This document shows, piece by piece, positions 45,377 to 56,556 of a stretch of DNA of 64,000 bases. The notes beneath the pieces were generated by a model. The model searched no databases. It saw nothing but the letters and a program-made list of their open reading frames with translations, and was not told where the DNA came from. The first letter of the stretch is position 1. Each line of letters opens with the position of its first letter. This stretch comes from Lingula anatina (Eukaryota > Animalia > Brachiopoda), in assembly GCA_051362555.1 (NCBI GenBank), contig CM120645.1:8370001-8434000 (forward strand), written 5' to 3'. Made by a program: the position numbers and the translations under genes.

Positions 45377-48300
45377 TTATGTATATGTGTGTGAGTGTGT
45401 GTGTGTGTGTGTGAAAATTTGTCAAGATAATTTTTTTTAGTTAGGCTTTGACTCAAAGATTGCGGCAATTAGCTGAGAAAAAGCTAGCTTGAGGTTCGTG
45501 CATGTTATTAATCGCTCATTGATTTTCCTCTTTCTTCACAGCAAACAATAATACTTTCATTATGTATGGCTGAAGGAGAGAGAGGTCCAAACAAACCATA
45601 CAAGCTTGCAATAACGACTAGACCACAGCTTCACTTTACACTGGAGTATTTTACAATTTTAAACAATTTGACAGTGCTGAGATTAAATCAAACGGCATTT
45701 TTGACGAACAACACAGCAACCACAACAGTGCCTTCACACGCGACAAGAACACCAGTAATTTCTCCCACAGGAAATGTTTCAAAAACAGTCTCAGTTGTCA
45801 TGGAAACATATTCTCCAACAAATCCATCGTCCACTATAGCAACATCTTCAAGTTCCCCAGTGCAATCTACGTCATCATCAACAGTAACAGGAGTGACAAC
45901 AACAAGTACAGTGAAAAGCTCAACAAGAAGCACAGTGACGACAACCTCACAACAGACAAAAACAGCAAAGAGCTCTACTGCAATTGAGATAAAAACAACT
46001 ATGGATTCGGGGACCACAGTTGCAGCAGGAGAACAGCCTAGCACAAAGGAAACAGGTAGTACACACAACCCAAAGTAGACCAAAAGCTTGTTTTCGTGGA
46101 TCCATTCAAAGAAGCCTCAATATATTTTTCCAGTTAACATTTTATAACAAGTTTATGTCAAGATATAGTTTACAAGATGTGGGGATAAAAAATGTAGGTT
46201 AGTTTTTTTACCAGATGACAGCGATACACAAAACCTTATAATTTTCTATACACTACTTGGCGTTGTTTTACAATATGAAACACTGCAGGCTCAAGAGTCT
46301 TCTGAAATCTAGATATTGTAGGTCCATCTATTTTTATGCAATATTAAAAGTCCATGAGTAAAAAACAAAAAAATAAAAAGGCAGAAAACTAGGTCCAATT
46401 CAAAACATGCCTGGGGCAGACTATTTTTCTCAAAAGTTCACTTGTTTAACTGATTTTCAACACTAGCCCAGACCACTAAGCATGTCTAGTGAAATCCTCT
46501 CACTTATTTCTACCAGATGTGATCCAGTCGCGCCTGTCCCATGTAGAAGAGACACAGATTAGCATTATCTTGGGCTCCATCCTGGGTGTGGGCCTAGCTG
46601 TGGTGGCTATTGGCATGGCGTGTCTGTGTTACAGGAGGAGAAGACTGCGACAAGGTGAGTCTGGGCTGTGTAACTCGAAAGCATCGCGAATTGCGATAGC
46701 GAAATCACCTTTCATTTTTGTATGCATATGGGGCCAGTAAATCCTGAGTTATGGAAAAGAGGTGGATCTCCATGCTTGCGCTCGGTCACAATTCGCGATG
46801 CTATTGAGTTACTGAGTACATAGCCCTGATGTCCATCCCATTAATGATGGCCCACCCAAAGCATTATGATAATGTACAGTTATGACTTTTAAATTATCTA
46901 TTTAATTAATATTTTAACCAGAAAAAACAATTTTTGGTATGAGATATATATATATACAAATTCACAAAGATTACAGAGTTTATGGAGTTTTTTTATGAAT
47001 GTGAATTATAAAGTGTGAAAGTATTTGATCTGTTATATTTCATATCTAAGAATTTCTATGACAAAACACATTTAAATCCAATACCTGTGTCAGTGTCAGT
47101 GGTACATTTCCTAAACAAAGGCAATTAAAGGTTTCCAAATGACAGTTTAAGTAGCTGTCGAATGGATCTCATTTACCGGGATATGTTGGTGATCAGGTTG
47201 TTAGAACACAAGGCGTCAGTGACTAATTGGACCATCAACAAGTAATCAACTTGTAATAACAGCTAATAAGCCTTTTGCAACTATGGCGATGTCATGCTGG
47301 AAAGTAGGCTAGTCATTAAACAAAAGAAGTCAACATGGCTGCATCTAGCTGCATAAGGCCTATTGGCCATCAACAAATTGTCAGCTTGTTCTAACACATG
47401 GCAACAAAATTGGCAACGGCTAATTGGCAACTTATCAGCTTATAGCCGAAGTCAATGACAGCTAGTTGGTCAAGCAGTAAGTGAAGTTACTGCAGTTAAT
47501 TGAGTGATATTGAGATAGCTAAGAATAAAAGCATCAAGTGGGGAATAGTTGTATTTAGTATGTGCATGTCCAAAAAAGTTTCAGATTTTCAAAAAAAAAA
47601 AAACAGATGATTGCATCCAAGTTATTGCACTATTACAATAATAAAGGTATCAATGTGACACATCTTTTACCTTCATCATGGCACAGCTAACTTATTTAGT
47701 TTCACAGCTTGACAACTAAACATTCTTGACTTTTCAGATTTCCAGATGCAAAGATTTGAGGAGGAAGTAGAGAGCTTTAGCTCAAATGGAGAAGGTAATG
47801 GTTTCTGTACCTTGTTATTGTAGAATGCCCATCAAAGGTCTCCATTATATTGTATATTGTGGAATAGTTGGTCACATTTTTTAGTTCCTTTTTTTAGTTC
47901 TGGTTCATGCTGATGCTATTGCAGTTACAGAAAAAGATGAAGATATTATCTTTAAGTAGTATCGTTTTAAATATTTTATTGAAAAAAGCTTATTATTATT
48001 TTTTTATGTTTATTAGTTGTGAGTTTTTTAATTTCTTTTCAGGGAACACTTTCAAAACTAACCCCAGTGTTCTGTTGTTATATTCCTACGACTGTCCAGC
48101 TCATGAAAGAGTTGTCAGCGCATTTGCCATGTATCTGAAAGAAGTGTGCGGATGTCAGGTACAAAGTTGTAACATTTAAACTGTAAAGTTTGCATTTGTC
48201 ATCCTGGAATCTTAGGATCTGTTTCACAAAGTAAATTAAGTCATTTTTTAAAAACAATTAAAAGCATCTCTAAGGCATGTTAAGCCATTTGCTAAGTAAT

Positions 48301-50103
48301 ATAAAATGTTTTAAGCTTTACAATTGGTGTGTTGGTCATATTTCAATCAAACTTGTTTACAAGGTGCATTTTAGAAAACTCTTTGTTATGGATATTTTTT
48401 TAATGCAAAGAGCAGCTGCAGGTAATCACTAATTTCAAAATGACTGCACTTAATTTGCACCTGCCTTGGCTGTCTTTCAGGTGCACTTTGACCTTTGGGA
48501 CCAGGATGTGGTACGTGAAAAAGGCCCACTGGTTTGGTTTGGAGAAACATTAGACCAAGTGGACTCTGTGATCGTGATTTGCTCAACTGGGGCTCGCTTC
48601 AAGTGTTCTCAGAAGAATAAATACCAAGTAAAAGTTGACCATCCCATAGCTGATATATTTGTCCCAGCATCAGATATGGTTGTAGAGAAAATAAGGCTTG
48701 CCAGAAATGAGGAACAGCTTTTTGAGCAGCCACCACCACAGTTGCTTTCAAAATACTGCATTGTGTACTTCGATTACTGTACTGCGAGTGATGTCCCTGT
48801 GAAATTAGAATTGATACCCCCATTTTGTCTCATGAAGGATATATTTGCTGTGTACTGTCAGCTACATGGCATTCAGAACGACACATGGTCAAGCTTAACC
48901 TATTGTGCAAGGCACACGGGTGTCAAACTGGAAAATTTTGCCAAAACTTCTCAAGGAAAAGAACTGGACTCTGCTGTCAGAGCGGCCAAAGATTACTTCA
49001 GAAACAATAAGAACTGGTTGCAGGAAAAACTGGAGCCTTTGTTTTCGCTGGAACCCCTCCCTCTGGAGCCACACGAGTTGCAGCCAAGTTTGCAAGATTC
49101 AAAACAAAACAGCAGCCAAACAAATGACATTGACCCCAAGGTCAAGGTCAAAGTTCAAGGTCAGATTGGTAGTGGCGGGAGTACCATTGATGAAACCGAC
49201 TCTGTTACAATAAAAGACAAGAGAACAGAAGTAGAGTGCTTAGATGAAACGCCACGCAGAAAAAGCAGGCATAGACAAGGGAAAAGTGCAAGGGAAGAGA
49301 TTGCCATGGATACGTTCACTCCATCAAACAGGGAAGAAGGCCCAGCCGATGGACCGACAGAATTGGTCAACCAGGTCAATTATTACAGCAAAAGCCACCC
49401 AAAAGTTACCCCAGCGAGGCACAACTTAAACAGTCCTCCTCAGAAAAGATATAAAAGCAGAACTCCTCCTGATGTGTTCGAGGCAGAAAAATGCAGATTG
49501 CCACCTCCTCCTGTGTCCAGCAGAAAGAGTCCCAGAGGAGGTTCTCTTGAAACTGTAAACTCTGTGGATCACTCCCAAAATAATATCCATTTCACGGGAG
49601 AAGGAAGACACATTGGACATGGGAATAATGAAAACAACACAAGTTCTAGTGAACTTTTGAATGGTGATATTGAAGAAGATTTTTGTCTGGACAGTGAAGA
49701 GGAGATGTTGAGAGACATTGCTTTTATCAAAACTACTCCAAGAAGAGACCAAGACAGTCCAGATATGAGATATCCTGGATTGCCAAGCCAGCCTGATTTG
49801 GGCTTGTCTTGGAAGCCACCTAGTGACCAATCTAGTAACTCTGGAACATCTTTGCACAAAGTAACTGGCAATAAACTGTTTGTTTACCACAACAATATGC
49901 ATCCCATTAAACAGAATAGAATGTCTGATTCAAATAAAATACATGTGCGTAACATGTCTAGTAACTATAGCGATGAGCAAAAACTGCTTCTTACTGGTGC
50001 AGAGGAATTTGAATTGGGAAAGGAAAACAATTACTTAAATTTAGTGGCAAAGAACCCATTGCCAGTGCCCCCACTACTTCATGTTGATTCAACTAGGTTC
50101 TGA
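41831..50103 (+). CDS. Interleukin-17 receptor-like (SEFIR-domain) type I membrane protein (~954 aa, 9 exons)
   Basis: Exons 41831-41953, 42603-42642, 43141-43275, 43708-43826, 45542-46055, 46517-46654, 47738-47794, 48043-48158, 48481-50103 total 2865 nt in frame. Signal peptide LIFFVLSVFLSLSPIIA; Cys- and N-glycan-site-rich ectodomain; S/T stalk; TM IILGSILGVGLAVVAIGMACLCY followed by RRRR. SEFIR boxes: VLLLYSYDCPAHERVVSAFAMYLKEVCGCQVHFDLWD, GPLVWF, VIVICSTG, YCIVYFDY..DVP..L...FCLMKD. Confidence 0.88.
44347..44388. repeat. Interspersed repeat terminus
   Basis: CTAGAAAAGCACTCAGAGAGCGCAGACCTCCGCCAAGG, with a short inverted partner TTGGCGGAGGTCT at ~44778 and a reverse-complement copy at ~57052-57083. 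Confidence 0.55.
46662..46826. mobile_element. Inverted-repeat element just after the IL17R TM-exon donor
   Basis: GTAACTCGAAAGCATCGCGAATTGCGA / TCACAATTCGCGATGCTATTGAGTTAC arms with outer GGGCT.TGTA / TACATAGCCC. Confidence 0.55.
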
Positions 50104-52574
50104 TATTTTTCTAACCCGCAATATTCAAACAAATACAATAATTTTATGCTCACAATAGAAAATGTCTTCTTCAGTTAATCTGATAGTACACATACATGTA
50201 TTTGGACAAGTGCAAATTGGCCCCTGCTTGTGAGGAACTAAAATTTAAGTATAATTTAAACATATTTGATGCCATAGAGCATTCTCAGCAATACTGGAGT
50301 CCAAACCATGGTCAATGCCATAGTTGTCAAATCATATCTTATTTTATTTCTCTGTTTCTACAGAACTGACTACACTGTCAATGGAGACAAAGTTGAAATC
50401 TGATCATAGCTCATCTGGTGAACAGGCATGTTGCTGTTGAGGTGGAGAGTTTTTTCAGGTTTTCCAAATGGGCTCCGTCTATGTTAAAACTTTTTGCAGC
50501 AGGGGACTTCAAAAACTATGATTATGTTTTCAGGTTTAGTAAAAATATTGACATATTCCTGGCAAAATGTGATATTTGTATAAATATGATGGGTGTGGTT
50601 AACAATTCTTCAGGTTAATGTATGTAGCCAAATGACATAAGATAATTGGGGTTTCATTTTGTATTCAAGTAGCAATAGAAAAAAAATTCTGAAAATTTCC
50701 ATTTTTTTTTTTTTTTCACATTTTTACAATATCATCACATACAGAGCATTGGGAAGATACTGTAACATCACATTTCATTATAGATCTCTCTTAACCACTA
50801 GGTACATACTTATATCAGAAGTGAGACTATAGAGTATATTAATGACATACTGGTTTCCGTCTTAAAAGTTTTTTTATTACAACACATTTTATTTAAGAAT
50901 ATTAAAATGTTGTTGGACAATTTTTCCAAATTATTTTTGAAAATTTTTGAGGGGTGTTAATTAAGAATGAAACACAGGCCTTTTAATCACTGTCGAGTTA
51001 ATGGGCAAAATATAGATGAAAGTTGTCCTGTTTAAGCAGACTGGTTGCTTTCTCCCAGTTAAAAATGATCTGGAAAGGATTACAAACTATTTTTCAATCT
51101 GAACTTTTTCGTGATAGTTTGTTCTTCACGCACCACACTATTTTTATATTAGATTTTCATCTCTTTTTGTATAACAAGGGGAATAGGGAATTTGTATTAA
51201 GTGAATATTCAAGATATTTTTATGTATATTTCAGTTGTTTTGTCACGAGCCAGTTAAATGGTTATTACAAATTTGTTTCTTACAAATAGTTGTTATAATG
51301 TTAGAAAGATATTTTTAAGGAATAGACAGAGTGAATTATTTAATTTTACTGACATATACTTTGGGGAGAATTTTGTAGAATCCCAAGTTCATTTTACATG
51401 TGATAAAAACAAACAATATTTTTGTTAAGAGTATTGAAAGAACATGTTGTACACAAATAGTTAATTGAGAAAACTTATGGAATGAATGCAAATTTTTCAG
51501 TATTTGATCTTATGAAATTTGGGAATGTCTAAAGTGAATAGAGTCATCAGAGCACTAACATATTTGAATTTTAAAGGAGAATAAAAACAAAATATTCTTA
51601 TACATGATAGAAAGTTGTCCCATTGTCTTTGCTGCTTGACTTGTGGTAGATTATTGACATCTATTCGATTTTGATCAATTTACTGAAGAAAATAATCAGC
51701 TGCTAGACAGTAAACCTTATTAAATAAATACAAAAATATTACAGAACTTGATATTTATTGCATCAGTGTGTAACAATAAAACTTCATGTGATTGTATATA
51801 GTTTTAACACTAGAATATAACAATATATTATAATAATAAAAATGGATTTACTCCCTTTCCACTTATTATCACTTTTCCCCCTTTTGGTAATTTGCATAGG
51901 AAAAGGAGATCATGGAATCACAGAAGTAATGAAAGTGACATTTAAAATACAAGATCTTTCTAACACAAAAATATTCTATATTTCACAGTTTTTTTCCCAT
52001 TTGCAAACACTGGAAAAAGTGACACACAAGGGTCCCGTACTTATTGAGCTTTATTTCGATACCTTCTTAATTAATTCAAAGTCTTGCTCACAGATGAAAA
52101 AATCTGCTCAAAAATCACAGTAAAAAACAGCTGCCAGATACAAAGGTATAACTTACCACAAGTGAGTCATTTGAAAGGAATTTGGCCCCAATAAAGATGA
52201 ATAATAATTATTTTTTAAAATAATTAGTAAAAACTTGTCATAGCTGCACGCCATACTGCAATATGAATAATTTAGTTTCTATATTACATTATTATCATTA
52301 TTGTTATTGCTATCACTGAGGCTACTTTGAAATAGCTATTGGTGACTTCTGAAACACAATTTAAAAGGATTTACAGATGGATTCATGGGAGTTGAAAATG
52401 AGATAATTTCCACATGTAAACCTAAAATGCTGAATTTTTTGGCACATCATTGCTTTCTTTTCTATCCCTGACATTCATTGCACAAACTGAACAATTCCAG
52501 TTCTGATAACTTTGTTTAAGCACAGCATTATTTTATAATCGTGTAAAAGAGAAAGAAAAGGATGGCCCTATATG

Positions 52575-55500
52575 TCAGCACCAAGGCCGAGTGTACAAAT
52601 TTTCTAGCTGTTCAAGGGTTTTGTTCTTCGTCTCTCGTAGTATGAAGAAGAGAATCAACCACCCTATGGCTGCCAGGCCTGTGTACAACCAGAAAGCACC
52701 TGAAACATAAAAAAAAATTTTATCTTATTTTAATTATTCAAATAACTAAAGATGGGGTCACACTTGTAACTGTAATGAAATATGGAGCTGAGCAATTCAT
52801 TATGCTTCAAATGATATCATAATTAAATGACATGAGAAGCATGCTGAATCCTAATTTGCTTTTTACATGACAGTTTGGCTGATCCAGGATTTGGCTCAGG
52901 ACGAGAAGGGGGAGGAGAGAGGGTTTCAGAGGTCACTGAAAACTCTCCTCTACTGACAGCTTGCCTTTGCCTTTCACAATAGTAGAAAAGTGAGTTTCCA
53001 GTGTCCTCTGAAACTCTGGACAGAGCCACAAGGACAGCCATAGCATCGATAAATACTTTACTGGCTCTTTGGGAACCCAAGGGGATTTAAAGCCATTCGT
53101 TTTGAATACTTTAACCAATTTTAATGTTTTTTTTTTATTTTTTGCTTTATGGTAGACTAGTATGGCACTCTAAGATCGTTTTGTGGTTTTAAAGTTTATG
53201 CACCCATTTTTTAAATAATGTAGCAATTTTACAATTGTTTTCTAACCAATCAAGGTGACAGCTGAGCGTGATATTGCTCAAGGCATTTTATTGCTCTTTC
53301 TGAGAGGAAAGGGGGTACCCCAGAAGCAAAAGAAGGGACAAAACTAACCATATCTAGTCAAAACCTGAGTCAAAGTCAGGAACGTGAAAGAAATAAACAA
53401 GTTGAATATCCAGTTGGTTGCTGTGGTGATGGCATTTCCAGTACTCCTAGCCCACAGAGGGTAGATCTCTGAGTTAATTGTCCATGGCATGGGCCCCATA
53501 CCTTAGAATAAAGGCCAAAAGTATGGATATGTAATTTCATACATCAAATTCATATTTACAACCACTTCCAAACATGCACATTACAAAAGCTCAAGCTCAG
53601 TGTCTAATTGTCTGATAATACAAATACAAGATTTTTTCACAAAAGATTTTTTCACAGCTGAGCTGAGTTCCAAGTCCATAAATTGAAATAAAAACATCAA
53701 AACTTCCCAAAAGTCCTTTATCTTAAAATCTAAGTTGAAATATAATCATTCACCTAATTTTTTTTATAAAAACCCTTCCTGATCTCATACCTGGAGCAAA
53801 GAAGGCCAGATATATCACCAGCCCAGCGAGGGCCACCCAGGAATAATTTGTGGGACAGAAATCATAAGCCCAATGCAGGTTATTTGGTAAGTGAGTGCCA
53901 GCACATCTCCCAGCCACTGAAACACTGTCTGTGCCATTGGTAGGCAGACATGAGCCATTGACAGCTCCTGTAGACGTGCTGACATAACAGTATCCACATG
54001 ATGGGTCTACCATACAGTCATTACACCAGCTAGAAAAGAATTTATTAAGTTGATCATAACTAAAGTTGGAAATTAGTATACATACACACAATGACATATG
54101 AAGTTATCACTATTACATTAAAAAGGGAAAACCACAGTGACTTATTTCTGTACAAAGGCAAAATCACGAATTTATAACAACAGAATTCAAAACAGTGATA
54201 GGTTAATAATTTATGGGAGGAATTCAGTATGAAAAAGTTCCTAAGGCTATGAAATGATGATGCTTACTTTTTTAAGCATCTTAACCTTTACTTCATATTT
54301 TTCTTTTAATACTTCATGAAAATTATTCAAAAATCTTACCTATGCTGCCCACATGAGTCATTCCCCAGTGCGCCCTCTACTACGCTGACGCTGGGGGAAT
54401 AGTTAGCCGCCAGCTGGAATCCTACAGCCAATAATGCCAGGGAAAGAACTGTGCCTGGCAATGAAAAAATGAACATTTTATTTTCAAATAAATTTAACAA
54501 TATTACACTCAACACACAGTCACATCACAAACACTGTCACTAAGACTGATAATGTCACTACCGCAATTGTGTCACATCTATCAGGCTGTCACACCTAACA
54601 CACTGCCACTTCCAGCAATTCACAACTAACACACAACTCATACAGCGTCACAACCACAGCAGTGTCACTTCGTACTGGCTGTCAATCCTAACACACTGTC
54701 ACCTCAACACAACATTGCACAATTTCACAACCATTCATTACAATGTCACATAATGTAACAGTTAAAAGAATCCCACAATTTCATGTACATCATGTTATTA
54801 CGTCTTACTAAACACAATGTCACACCTAACACACTGTCACAGTCACACTTAATGCAATGTCACACTGTCACACATAACAATCCCACAAGAACTTAGACCC
54901 TGTTCCCATACCTAGATTGATCTAGCAGGATTGAGCCATCTTATTGGGGTTTCTCAATAAATTTCTTTCAGCTTAAGTAAGCTACTCTGATATCTGGCAT
55001 GCCTACTGAAGCTGTTAAGGGGTAATTAACTGCCATTAGTAGTTTCAGTAGGCATGCCAGACATCTAAGCCGCTTAAGCTGTTAGCAATTTAGCCAGGAA
55101 CCCCGCGGATACAGGTCGATCCTGCTAGATCGATCTAGGTATGGGAATGGGGTCTTACCGCCCAAACTGCCCAGTGTTAGTGTCCTTCTCCCCACTTTTT
55201 CTACCAGCCAAAGACCCACAAAGGTGAAGGTAAAGTTTGCCAAGGCAGTGATAGCAGAATACCATACTGCCTGGCATTCATCTTCTACTCCAGCCAACTT
55301 GATGATAGTGGCACTGTAATACCTAAAGAAACAATTCAACATGTAATATGATAAAAGTTGCAATTTATTAAATTTGGTTTGCTCAGAGCTAGACACAAAT
55401 TGTATGAGAAATAAGACTCAAAAGGCTGAATCCACAGCATACAAGCAAGGGTAAATTTCATATGACTGGAAATCATTTAGTGCACTGATTAACAGATGAT

Positions 55501-56509
55501 TTAAAGTGCCACCGTACTAGCTTCTCATCTACATAAAGCCGCTAATCAGTTTCAACTCTGATGTTCATAAGGTTATGTTTAAAGCAACCTATGTACTTGT
55601 ATATGGTTATTTCCCTTTTCTCCTCAGAAATTAATTGAGTAATCATAAAATCCAGCAATAAAATAAATCTTGCCTTTTTATACTTCATGATAAATTAGCT
55701 ATATGTTTGAGGTAAAAAAAAAACTGATATTGGAAGGAAAACATATCAAAAAGGCTGAGTAGTGTATCTTTAGAGTTCACTTGACCTTGGTGCTCATATG
55801 TTATGAAAACCCCTTTTCTTTTTTTTACTTGTGTGACAGTAACTTTTCATGTATTACCAATACAATGATAATAAATGACGAAACAATCTTAATTTAGTTT
55901 GCTATGCTGGTTATTGTATGGTAAAATAGAAAATAAAGTAAACCAAAATTTCTTCTAATCAATAGGAAAATATATCTTTAATGATTGGCAAAAGCCATTT
56001 TTAAGTGGGCATATATGGCGATAATATAAAACTGGCAAAAAAATTATATTAAATATTACATCATTCAGATAATAAGGCTATCCTGTACTGATAAGGAATT
56101 TCTATGAAATGTTTCATAAGACAGAAAGTTTAATTATGTAAGATGTCCTACAATTCTTATCACATATAAAATTACTTATTCTTAAACAAGCCCCTGGTTT
56201 CAATCACCTTTTCAAGGATATGATTTAATTACTTTTAACATGCAAAAACAATCTAGCTTGGATTAGAAATAATGAGCTCATTACCAGTACCATATACCCT
56301 CTTTCACAGAGATGTTACAACATAAACTAATGCATCTCTCCCTCTTTCTCTTCCAATAAACACAAACATACAAATATACATGCATAATAGTGCACAAATG
56401 CACATTCTTGTAAACAGAAATACACTACCACATGTACACACACACACACACACATACCCACACACACATACACACACCCACGCACGTGCGCACACACACA
56501 CATGCACAG

Positions 56510-56556
<47 letters not shown>

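Noticed and set aside
48599-49902. Several antisense and alternate-frame ORFs
   Set aside because: Shadows of the large IL17R-like terminal exon.
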